Positions 36,641 to 45,809 of a stretch of DNA of 64,000 bases are shown here, one piece after another. Position 1 is the first letter of the stretch. Each line of letters begins with the position of its first letter. Below the pieces are notes generated by a model, which was not told the DNA's origin, searched no databases, and saw only the letters and a list, made by a program, of their open reading frames with translations. The translations under genes were made by a program, and so were the position numbers. Source of the DNA: a virus; the IMG/VR virus record IMGVR_UViG_3300030098_004539, positions 1 through 64,000 of that record; one strand, written 5' to 3'.

Positions 36641-39600
36641 ATGTCAATATATAGCCCAGACGGTCCTAGAGTAGAAACTAAAGGGGCTTCTAATACAGAA
36701 TGTATTGTCTTTGTGCACACACACGACAGAGGACCAAAGAACCCTTCTCAGTCGTTTGATTTATCTCCCTATATTACAGGCGTATCTACCTCCCAACATA
36801 TAATGGGAGGGGGCTCTGCTTCTATAGATCTTCCAGCAGTCGATCACATCGAAGACATTATTGCTGCGGGAGATATCGTGAACATCTACTTCAATACCAA
36901 TAGAAGTAGTGACAACATGTATAACATTGGGAGAGTAAGGACTTTCTTTGGGTATATAACCAGTGTATCGAAGTCTGTTTCTGTGGGAGCAGAAGGAGAA
37001 AAGGTCACTACGTATGGGATCTCCTGTAAAGATTTTAGTAAGTGTGTGAGAGACACTCAGATCTACAACAACCCACACTTAGCTAGTCAGGCCAGAGGTA
37101 GCAAAGAAGACGTTATCAGGAGCGACTTAAGCACAAACCTCGGAGGAATCGCACTCCTCCACCAAGGTATAGCTCTCCAAGGTACCCCCCGACAGATTAT
37201 TGTACAAAACCTTATGCGATTCTTAGGATTTGGAGGGCAGTGGGCACTCCCCCTCTCCTACGATGAAAAACTTCCGGGTAAGTCTTCGTGGACTTTTAAA
37301 GTTGATGAAGGGGGTAAAGGCTCTGTCATTAGTAGCTTACAAGCTATAACTGTGGAAATCCTTCGAGGAAAATCGAACACAGATGAAGCGCTTAGGAAAA
37401 AATATATAGACGCTATTGTAGCTCTTTCTAAACAGTCGATTGATAAAAAGAAAACTATATCTGCTCTGTGGGATAACGTAGATGAGTCAGGCGTGTCACC
37501 CAAAATTAAAGCGATCATTGAAGAGCTTAAAGCAAAGTTTAAAAATCTATCATATAAGTTAGTACCCCCAAAAAATAAAGACGAAGAAAGTCATATAAAT
37601 AACACCTTTTTTAAAATTAAAGGGGTTAACCAGAAAAAGATGTCTTCCAGCATATTGGGGACAGAAAACTCTACAGAAGTGACTTTAGAAGAGCAGGGCC
37701 TGTGGGGGGACATCCACACAGTCACGTCGCGTGTTATCAACGAAATTGAAGGTGTATCAAAGGACACCTTGACTAATGCCCCTGATTCTTTTCCCAAAGC
37801 TAATCAATATGCTCAGGCTTTTGACTCCTCGGAAAACAATAGAAAAGTCAAAACCATGTTCAATATCATGTGTTTAGACTACATGGAAAACGTTAAAGGT
37901 TATTGGGCTAATCTTGCAGTTCTTAATTTTGCAGGCTCTTTATACTCTGCCCTAGAGGTAGGAGCAAACTCGTCTATGAACGAGTTAATCTTTGACCTTA
38001 GACCCTCTCCTGAGTTTGAAGCAAAAGAAAAAGACGGACTAGGTGTGCCTCTAAAAGGAGCTATTCCTATGGTTCCTGCGGTGGTCTTACGTAGAAAACC
38101 GTTTACTAATTATAAAGTTCCAGGGGCTAAGGAGGATATAGGAAAGGCAGATGTATCTGAGCACTTAGTCGTTGGAGGGTACCAATCGAAAGCTGGAAAA
38201 TCAGGCTTTGACCAACTTGTAGTCAATAGTGGAGGAGCACTGGGCGTAGGAGGAGCTACTGCTATTGACGCTACTAGCATGGGTTCCGGTATGAAGGAGC
38301 GCGAAGCGGCTATTGACTTGCTATTAAAAAACTCAGGCGTGAATAAGGCGTTACAGGGTAAGTTCGAAACAATTCAATTAAAGCGAGTGACCCCTCCTAC
38401 CAAAAAGAAATCTGCAAAACTTGTTGGTGGTAAAAAAATTTTAGAGCGTTGGGCTAAAAAAATAGAAGAAATTGCAGAGAGGGCAGAGAAAGAAGGGGTT
38501 AACAATAACAAAGCGTTAGTTGAACTTTTCAGCGAAGCAACATCTGCAACAGTAACGGAAGATCAAATATATGAGATCCAATTAAGAGGAGCCAAGGTAT
38601 CTACGCAATTAGCTAAAGCAGCGTTGACGTCTACTGTTACTTTGCCTCGTCCTATATTTAGATCTCCAGATAACAACAGAATCTTAAAAGAACTAGACAT
38701 GTCTAGGACACAATACGTCTTAGGAGTTTTAGCCTCTATAGATGACACCTCAACTAGTACGAGTAAGTTTTTTGCTTTTGAAGCAGCGGACGGAGAAGGA
38801 ATGGCCTACACTACCCGCACGGCGAAAGATATCGGTTCAGGGAACGTAACAGGAACTACTAAAGCTGAAAAAGAGATCAAGCGCGTAGCTGTGGCTCCAG
38901 GCAGTGACATAAAGAGTATTGCTGAAGAATTTAAAAGTCGTGCGGCTATTGTTGAAAAAGAAAATAAAGAAGCCGCAGACGTCAATGACCTTGACTGGCA
39001 CGTTCTAGATTACATGAGTATCTTTCCAACCGATATTTTATCAGAAAATTATACAAGAGGAGATTTTGGGGTTGTTAATTTTTTAGAATACTTTGGAAAA
39101 ACTATAGGAGGTTTTGAAGCCCAACGACTTTTCTTGGGTGTCGTCATGCCAATTGTTACTCCTATATCTGTGTACAGATTTGGTGTTCGAGTATTTTCTC
39201 AGACAACTGACTTCGTACAGTCGTTACTTACGGGGAACTCCGAGCACCTTTTTGAAAAGAATATCTTACTAAGATGGGCTGTGTGCCAAGATATCTGGAA
39301 CCAACATAACCATGAGTTGCTTGGCGGCAGCATGACTTTACGAGGCATGCCGGGTTTAAGACCCGGATACCGAATAGATAGACCCGACACTAACATGTCA
39401 TTTTATGTAGAACAGGTAGCGCATTCGTGGACTTACCCAGGACGACTAGAAACTCAGGTTTCTGTGTCTCACGGCCAACCTATGAACCTAGAAAATGCTT
39501 TAGATTACTACAGACCTTCTTCAAGTGGGCCTCCACATAAAAGCGAGAGACAAAATCTAGGGAAGATATTTAAGGTGTCTGAGTTTAAACGAGGCGGTAC

Positions 39601-39721
39601 GGATGTAAAACTAAGTACTCCAGGCACGTTTACAGGCAGCGACGGCGTTGGTCGTCAGCTAAATGTAAAGTCTAGGAGTAAAAATCCGAAAGACGATCTT
39701 CCTTCTAAGAAAGAGAAATAA
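36641..39721 (+). CDS. Baseplate hub protein (gp27/gpD-like) with large insertions
   Basis: FFGYITSV...YGISCKDFSK at the N-terminus; GSMTLRG.PGLRPGYRI...FYVEQVAHSW at the C-terminus. Confidence 0.8.
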   Translation: MSIYSPDGPRVETKGASNTECIVFVHTHDRGPKNPSQSFDLSPYITGVSTSQHIMGGGSASIDLPAVDHIEDIIAAGDIVNIYFNTNRSSDNMYNIGRVRTFFGYITSVSKSVSVGAEGEKVTTYGISCKDFSKCVRDTQIYNNPHLASQARGSKEDVIRSDLSTNLGGIALLHQGIALQGTPRQIIVQNLMRFLGFGGQWALPLSYDEKLPGKSSWTFKVDEGGKGSVISSLQAITVEILRGKSNTDEALRKKYIDAIVALSKQSIDKKKTISALWDNVDESGVSPKIKAIIEELKAKFKNLSYKLVPPKNKDEESHINNTFFKIKGVNQKKMSSSILGTENSTEVTLEEQGLWGDIHTVTSRVINEIEGVSKDTLTNAPDSFPKANQYAQAFDSSENNRKVKTMFNIMCLDYMENVKGYWANLAVLNFAGSLYSALEVGANSSMNELIFDLRPSPEFEAKEKDGLGVPLKGAIPMVPAVVLRRKPFTNYKVPGAKEDIGKADVSEHLVVGGYQSKAGKSGFDQLVVNSGGALGVGGATAIDATSMGSGMKEREAAIDLLLKNSGVNKALQGKFETIQLKRVTPPTKKKSAKLVGGKKILERWAKKIEEIAERAEKEGVNNNKALVELFSEATSATVTEDQIYEIQLRGAKVSTQLAKAALTSTVTLPRPIFRSPDNNRILKELDMSRTQYVLGVLASIDDTSTSTSKFFAFEAADGEGMAYTTRTAKDIGSGNVTGTTKAEKEIKRVAVAPGSDIKSIAEEFKSRAAIVEKENKEAADVNDLDWHVLDYMSIFPTDILSENYTRGDFGVVNFLEYFGKTIGGFEAQRLFLGVVMPIVTPISVYRFGVRVFSQTTDFVQSLLTGNSEHLFEKNILLRWAVCQDIWNQHNHELLGGSMTLRGMPGLRPGYRIDRPDTNMSFYVEQVAHSWTYPGRLETQVSVSHGQPMNLENALDYYRPSSSGPPHKSERQNLGKIFKVSEFKRGGTDVKLSTPGTFTGSDGVGRQLNVKSRSKNPKDDLPSKKEK

Positions 39722-41823
39722 TGAGCCGATTTAGCGACACAGAAGAAGATAGTATTGAAGGGGGTCCTTGGGCGACACACGGGGTAGTGGACGAGGACAA
39801 CGAACAAGTGGCCGCTTCTCGATTAATTTCTTCGGGAAACAAAACTGTCGATGAAATCTATTACCCGATCTTAGGCGTCATCGACGCTGTTTATTACGCT
39901 GACGACCCTAGTAACGAATCTAATTCTTCTAAAAACCACAAAGATTCTAACGTCTCTTTTAATGAAATTTTAGCTAACACTGAAGAGACTTATTATCAAA
40001 AATCTGTTGCCGTCACACGCACCAAGGGCGCTCGGATAGAGGCAAGAGTTAAGATTGTGTCCGGCCCTCAAGGTCGTAGAAACAGTGGCCAATTTATAGA
40101 GAAAGTTCCTGTTTGTATCGGATTTGGTGGAGTACACAACTACGGGTATGTGGTTCCAACGGCCACTACTAATACAGGAGTACTTGGCTACCGAGGGACT
40201 GAAGATGGTGATTATTGTCTGGTTCAGTTCATTGGGGGTAGTTGGTTAAACCCTGTCATAACTAGCATTTGGCCAAACCCTCTCAATACTCAAGACCCCC
40301 CTAGTGTAGCAGACGGCGGGAGCGCGTACGCACGTATTAGTGGTACTGAGATTTTAATTGATTCAGAGGGAGACTTACTTCTTGATGCTCGTGGTGCGAA
40401 TGAGCGGGTGATCAGTGATTCTGAGAGTGGAAATTACGTAAGAAAGCCTGCGTCTGGAAACGACGGAGCTATCACAGTTGTTACGCGCAATAACATTTAT
40501 GTTGCAGCAGGCTATCCAAACGAAAACGAGTCGGCAGGGTCTTTACCTGAGGGGACAGCAGTTCTTCAGGCTAGTAAAGACGTGGAGATGTTTTCCACAC
40601 TTCAGTCTGTTAAAATCTACAGCAAGAGAGAATCTAAAGACGACGACGGTAAACTCACACGAGTAGACATTCAAGGACCGAGGGGAAGTCTTCGACCTGC
40701 GGCTAGAAAGTACGATCGAGTAAAGATTACTTCTGGAGATAGTGGAGACCTGTTTGAATATATTAAGCAGATGAGTGTGGCTATTAATTCTGCTGGAAAA
40801 CTTCTCACAAAATCTATCGACCCTGGTGCAGCAGCGGCAGGAGAAATATTAAGCAATTTTGTATCTAATAATCCCGTTCCGACATACCAAACAGGTCAAA
40901 TAACTACAGGCAGCGATTACTGCTACATAGCAGGAAAAGGTAATGCTAGCGATGTAGGTTTTGACGAAAACGGTATTAAAGATCAACTCGGAGAATCTAT
41001 CTCTCCTGAAACTCTTGAAGACTTTAAGAATTCATGTACCGCAGAAGCGGCATCTGACACAGTCACGGGGCTTACCTCTGAAGAGAGTAGCGCCGCTATG
41101 TTGTCTGGAGTCTCTGGAGGACTAAAGACCGCAGAAAAAGCTCTGGAGTTGGTTCCAGGAGGACAGCCCTTTGCTATTATAATTGGAGAGGCGCTTCCAA
41201 AAGTTCTTGGACTAGTAACTCAAACGCTTCTTTCGTCTCCTGATTCAGAGATGAAGGATGTTAATCTCCCTAGCGGAGCTAACATGGAAGACGTTGTCGG
41301 GGAGGATGGAACAGGAGGGGCTTCTGGAGAAGTAGCGACACTATCTTCAGAGGTAGACACACTGAAATCTATCGAAGAGGACATCAAAACTTCTTGGGAA
41401 GTTTACAGACTTAATCCTACAGAAGAAAATGCTAACGCAATTCCGGTAAATCCTAACCGCGAAAACAATCCAACTATTGTTGGAAACCAACCAGATCCTT
41501 CCCTCGACCCTCCAGGACCTCCTGTCAAAAATTCAGGGTACTGGTATACCAATGACGACCTAACAGACCCTCTATCACTTTACTATGACGGAGACGCAAT
41601 ATCGTCTCGTCAAGAACAAATGAAGTCTTTAGGGGATGAGATAGGGGATTTAATAGAAGGTATACCGTTCCTATCTCCAACAGAACAGAAAAGTATTGAA
41701 CTATCCACCGCGCTTGCCGAAGGAGCAGCTAGTGAAGATTATTCAGAAGTAAATAATTTAACTGGAGGAAGTATCGAGCAATCTGCTAATAGTTGCATAG
41801 ACAAAAAGATATCTGAGGCTTAA
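39721..41823 (+). CDS. Central spike (gp5/gpV-like) with acidic C-terminal extension
   Basis: OB-fold-like GDYCLVQFIGG...PVI followed by beta repeats (GTEILIDSEGD). Confidence 0.7.
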   Translation: MSRFSDTEEDSIEGGPWATHGVVDEDNEQVAASRLISSGNKTVDEIYYPILGVIDAVYYADDPSNESNSSKNHKDSNVSFNEILANTEETYYQKSVAVTRTKGARIEARVKIVSGPQGRRNSGQFIEKVPVCIGFGGVHNYGYVVPTATTNTGVLGYRGTEDGDYCLVQFIGGSWLNPVITSIWPNPLNTQDPPSVADGGSAYARISGTEILIDSEGDLLLDARGANERVISDSESGNYVRKPASGNDGAITVVTRNNIYVAAGYPNENESAGSLPEGTAVLQASKDVEMFSTLQSVKIYSKRESKDDDGKLTRVDIQGPRGSLRPAARKYDRVKITSGDSGDLFEYIKQMSVAINSAGKLLTKSIDPGAAAAGEILSNFVSNNPVPTYQTGQITTGSDYCYIAGKGNASDVGFDENGIKDQLGESISPETLEDFKNSCTAEAASDTVTGLTSEESSAAMLSGVSGGLKTAEKALELVPGGQPFAIIIGEALPKVLGLVTQTLLSSPDSEMKDVNLPSGANMEDVVGEDGTGGASGEVATLSSEVDTLKSIEEDIKTSWEVYRLNPTEENANAIPVNPNRENNPTIVGNQPDPSLDPPGPPVKNSGYWYTNDDLTDPLSLYYDGDAISSRQEQMKSLGDEIGDLIEGIPFLSPTEQKSIELSTALAEGAASEDYSEVNNLTGGSIEQSANSCIDKKISEA

Positions 41824-41826
41824 TAA

Positions 41827-43857
41827 ATGTCTGCTCCAACAAGTGTAACTGGTGGAAAAATTGCTACTTTTTCAGAAGGTAAAGCTGATGTTTTTGGCCG
41901 AGTTAATAATTGGGCAGCAGAGGCCGGTGGCTGGGCGGTAGACGCTTTTACCCCTAAAGCCTCAGAAATATTTGAGAAACGATCTGCTACTCAAATATTC
42001 ACCACCCACGAAGGAATCGCCTTAGAAAGTATTAAGGGCGGAAGAACTACAGAATTTAGTGAGAATGAAAACCTGTATGGTTTTAGTATTCTACGGTTCA
42101 CTAAAGGTATAATTGGGGGTGGATGGTTCCCCGCTAAAGTAAACAACCTGCTTTCGTCTAACCTAGACTCGTTTATATTAGGTAACGACGAACTAGCAGG
42201 GGCCAATAGTTACTTCTTTAACCTTCACCCCAAAGCCCTTAACCTTAGCGAACCCTTTGCAACACACATCATGCCCACACAAGGTGGCGGGGTTTATGTT
42301 GAATCACAAGGTATTGTTCTTCGTACGCTAACTATAGCAGGTACTACAGGGTACCGACCTGCAATGGTCGGGATACCAGGGGATAACAATAACAATATCA
42401 TTCCTCACCAACCAGGGGAGCCTACAGGGTTTTTAAATCTTTTAAAGTTACGAAATCTTTTTCGTAATTATGCGGATCTAAAAAAAGATAAAAGCCTTTC
42501 TTATAAAGTATATTTAGTTTGGTATAACAATAAAGAGCAAGAGGCTTGGTTCTTTGAACCGACAAACTTCTCTACGATGCGAGATGCTGCGTCTCCGTTT
42601 ACGTACGACTATTCAATTTCTGGAACGCTCACTCAAAAAGTAAGTTTTTCTACTGTCGTAAACACGATTAACCCAGACCCTACAAGCATACACTTTCAGA
42701 TAGCTACACTTCGACGAAGTGCTGCAATGATAAATAGTATCGTAGGAGGCCTCATTCCTGGACTAGGGAATGATGTAGTCGGGGACGTGCAAAACCTTAC
42801 TAGACAAGTGCTTGACCAAGTAGACTCTATTGACAGGGCAGCAACTGGTGTGGCTATGAACGTAGCGGCCATAGCTCAAATACCTACAGTCTTAGTAGCG
42901 GCTGCGTACCCCCTTGTTCAAGGTCTTAAAAAAAGCATCAGCGATCTTGTTAAGAATCAAGAGGCAATCTGGGACACAGATTATGATGCATGGGCTGACA
43001 ACTGGACAGCAAACAATGAAAAGTTCCTTGAACTGTTTCAAGCTACAGATGAACTTACGTGGGCAATGACGGCCATTGGCCAACCAGAGAACATAGCAGA
43101 CATAGTTAGCTCTACCAAAGCTCCAGGATCACCGAGCGTTGATAAGAAAAAACTATCACACCCTAACACCGGAGCAGATTACTCAGACTCTGAGTGGCGT
43201 CCTGTTAAAATTCCTAAAGAGACAACCCTCGCTGACCTTGTCTTTAATTCACTAGGAGACGACAGCGCTGTTGCTGCGGTAGCAGAGTATAACGGACTAG
43301 AACCCCCTTTTATAACAGATACACCTGTCTACGTAGGAGCGTTTACTAAGTTTTTAACTCAAGGGGATATAATTTATTTACCTTTCCCGAAAGAACTGGT
43401 GTCTGGAGACATCAACACTAAGATTAATCCTCTTAAGACTTCTTTAAGTCTTTACGAAGAATCACTAGGAAGAGACTTAAGACTTAATAAAAGTACCCAA
43501 GCTACGACAGGTGTGTCAGAATTCAACCTAACAATTAGCCCTACCGGAGATTTAGACCTCGTGGGCGGGCGAGATAATATTATACAGGCTATCGATATTA
43601 AGTTAAATACTGAGCGCGGAGAACTAGCGCCTCACCCAGAATTTGGAATAGTCTTTGTGGTAGGACATAAAGGAAACAGGAACTTAAATTTCAATCTATA
43701 TTTATCTTTAAATGATACTATGTTAAGTGATGGTAGGATTAAAGAGCTAGTAGACACTAGAGTAAATATCTCAGGCGACATCGCAAGCGTGAAGACGAAA
43801 GTACATGTAATAGGCCACGTCCCTTACGTCCCGGTGTCATTTACGATGGTAGGGTAG
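41827..43857 (+). CDS. Fused tube-initiator-like / LysM-like / gp25-like baseplate protein
   Basis: LTIAGTTG in the N-domain; TLADL...LGD....VAEYNGL; GDLDLVGG.DNI.QAI..KL.TERGEL..HPEFG. Confidence 0.78.
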   Translation: MSAPTSVTGGKIATFSEGKADVFGRVNNWAAEAGGWAVDAFTPKASEIFEKRSATQIFTTHEGIALESIKGGRTTEFSENENLYGFSILRFTKGIIGGGWFPAKVNNLLSSNLDSFILGNDELAGANSYFFNLHPKALNLSEPFATHIMPTQGGGVYVESQGIVLRTLTIAGTTGYRPAMVGIPGDNNNNIIPHQPGEPTGFLNLLKLRNLFRNYADLKKDKSLSYKVYLVWYNNKEQEAWFFEPTNFSTMRDAASPFTYDYSISGTLTQKVSFSTVVNTINPDPTSIHFQIATLRRSAAMINSIVGGLIPGLGNDVVGDVQNLTRQVLDQVDSIDRAATGVAMNVAAIAQIPTVLVAAAYPLVQGLKKSISDLVKNQEAIWDTDYDAWADNWTANNEKFLELFQATDELTWAMTAIGQPENIADIVSSTKAPGSPSVDKKKLSHPNTGADYSDSEWRPVKIPKETTLADLVFNSLGDDSAVAAVAEYNGLEPPFITDTPVYVGAFTKFLTQGDIIYLPFPKELVSGDINTKINPLKTSLSLYEESLGRDLRLNKSTQATTGVSEFNLTISPTGDLDLVGGRDNIIQAIDIKLNTERGELAPHPEFGIVFVVGHKGNRNLNFNLYLSLNDTMLSDGRIKELVDTRVNISGDIASVKTKVHVIGHVPYVPVSFTMVG

Positions 43858-43858
43858 T

Positions 43859-45799
43859 ATGGCGGTTTTTACCCCCAAGACATCTGAACAGATATTAAGA
43901 GATGCAATAAACTATTTGTATCTGAATACAAATATATCTGACTTTAATGTGGGTAGTGTAATTCGGACAATCCTCGAAACGATGTCTATCGAGGACGCTA
44001 ATCAGTACTACCAGATGTACAGTATCCTTAACGCCTTTTTCTTGGACGGCGCTGAAGGAACTGCCTTAGACGACCGGGCTGCTCAGTACGGAGTTACTAG
44101 ACGCCCTGCTACCAATTCAGCAGGTCAGGTTGTTTTCTTAGATACTAATCTTCAACGATCTTTTTTAGTAAGTAATGTTGAAGTAGGAGCAACCTCTCTC
44201 TTCGTAGAAGATGCCTCCATTTTTGGAGCAGCACCTTTTATAGTTCAACTAGGAGAAAGCACTAACGTAGAGCAAGTAGCGATTAACGCAGTTGATGCGA
44301 CTACCGGAGAGTTAACAATTAACCCAGGTGCAGCCGCGCCGTTAAATACAACTACCTATAGTCACGTAGCAGCCTCCGTAGGTGCTGATGAAATCGACAA
44401 CCTAGGTAGCTTAGTTTGCCTCTATGACCCCTCTACCGCTGACAGGACTATTCCGACTGGCGTTACGATCCGCGCAGAGCCCACAAACATTACTTTTGAA
44501 ATCGAGTGCATCACTACAGAAGTGGGCCTCCACCAGAACGGTTATTTTACCAGTAACCCGGTAAACGTCAGAAGTAACACTGTCGGAACTTCAAGCAATA
44601 TACCCGCCAGAAGAGCAAACCAAATTATAGGTGGATCTCCTTACGCAGGGGCTTCGGTTGTAAACCTGAAATCTATCTCAGGAGGACGAGACGCAGAACT
44701 TGATGAAGAGTTCAGAACTCGAATACGAGAACACGTTGCTGGATTATCCTCCGGTACCGTTACAGCTATTCTCAGTAAATTGCTTGTTACAACAAACGCC
44801 GCCACTAACTCTATTGTTACGAGAGCACACGTCGTAGAAGATTTTGACGCAGAGTTAGTGTACGCATATATCGACGACTCAAGTTCCTCAGGTATCGCTA
44901 ACAGTGAAGAAAGGTTTGCAGAAGATTCTGTAGCTGTTGCTAAACCTGCTGTAGGTGGAACCGTTATAGACCTAGCAAGCCTTACCGGGTTTGTAGCTAC
45001 TACAATCTCTAACCAGTCGTACATCATTATACACCCAGCAACTGAAGGAAAAGATCCTTTTGTGACTCGGTACGGGAACCTTAATCAAAGTCCCCCCCAG
45101 CTTCAGGAAATCCCCGCCGCTCCTCAAATGCCAATCTTGGTCATAGGGGATGTTGTGTCTTTATGTGAAGCAATCTCCATCAGCACCGAAGAAGGAAGGA
45201 AATATTATCAATTAGATAAGTTTCCTGTAGGAGATGACCTCCTCAAACTATACGTAGTGACGGGGAGTGAGCTTGGAAACGCGACTTTACAAACAAAGTT
45301 AGATTCTGGGGCGTGCAGTACAGGGTCGGAAGACTTCATACTCAACGAAGCTACAGGCCAGATAGAGTTTCTAGAGGGAAAAATACCCGTAGCTGGTAGC
45401 GGATTATACGCTATATATGAAAATTATACTAATTTGTTAAAAGAGGCCCAGACTGTAGTTGACGGTAACTTAAACGATATCGTTAATTACCCAGGGGTTC
45501 GGTCTGCTGGGGTAAAAGTCTTAGTCAGACCATCCAAGAGGACGCCAGTAGACGTTACTCTAAATATAACTATCGACTCTAGTCTTACAGACCTCGATAC
45601 GTCAGGATTTTTAGCAAAACAGCTTGTTATATCTTATGTTAATAACCTCGGTATAGGGGAAAGCGTTATCCTGGCAGAGATAATCGAGCGAGTCATGGGT
45701 GTTTCAGGTGTCACAAATGTGCACGTCCTTACCCCACAAGCTGATGTTACGATTAATGGGGATAGCGCAGCGTATGCTGACAACATTCTTGTTGTTTAG
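43859..45799 (+). CDS. Baseplate J-like wedge protein
   Basis: SDFNVGSVIRTILE, AEGTALD.RA..YGVTR.PA, GG.DAE.DEEFR.RI, RSAGVKV.V. Confidence 0.92.
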   Translation: MAVFTPKTSEQILRDAINYLYLNTNISDFNVGSVIRTILETMSIEDANQYYQMYSILNAFFLDGAEGTALDDRAAQYGVTRRPATNSAGQVVFLDTNLQRSFLVSNVEVGATSLFVEDASIFGAAPFIVQLGESTNVEQVAINAVDATTGELTINPGAAAPLNTTTYSHVAASVGADEIDNLGSLVCLYDPSTADRTIPTGVTIRAEPTNITFEIECITTEVGLHQNGYFTSNPVNVRSNTVGTSSNIPARRANQIIGGSPYAGASVVNLKSISGGRDAELDEEFRTRIREHVAGLSSGTVTAILSKLLVTTNAATNSIVTRAHVVEDFDAELVYAYIDDSSSSGIANSEERFAEDSVAVAKPAVGGTVIDLASLTGFVATTISNQSYIIIHPATEGKDPFVTRYGNLNQSPPQLQEIPAAPQMPILVIGDVVSLCEAISISTEEGRKYYQLDKFPVGDDLLKLYVVTGSELGNATLQTKLDSGACSTGSEDFILNEATGQIEFLEGKIPVAGSGLYAIYENYTNLLKEAQTVVDGNLNDIVNYPGVRSAGVKVLVRPSKRTPVDVTLNITIDSSLTDLDTSGFLAKQLVISYVNNLGIGESVILAEIIERVMGVSGVTNVHVLTPQADVTINGDSAAYADNILVV

Positions 45800-45809
45800 G
45801 AGCTAGTTA

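Noticed and set aside
28897-45799. Bacterial contractile injection system (eCIS/T6SS/tailocin)
   Set aside because: Portal, protease, capsid and a helicase are in the same gene run, so this is a complete phage virion module.
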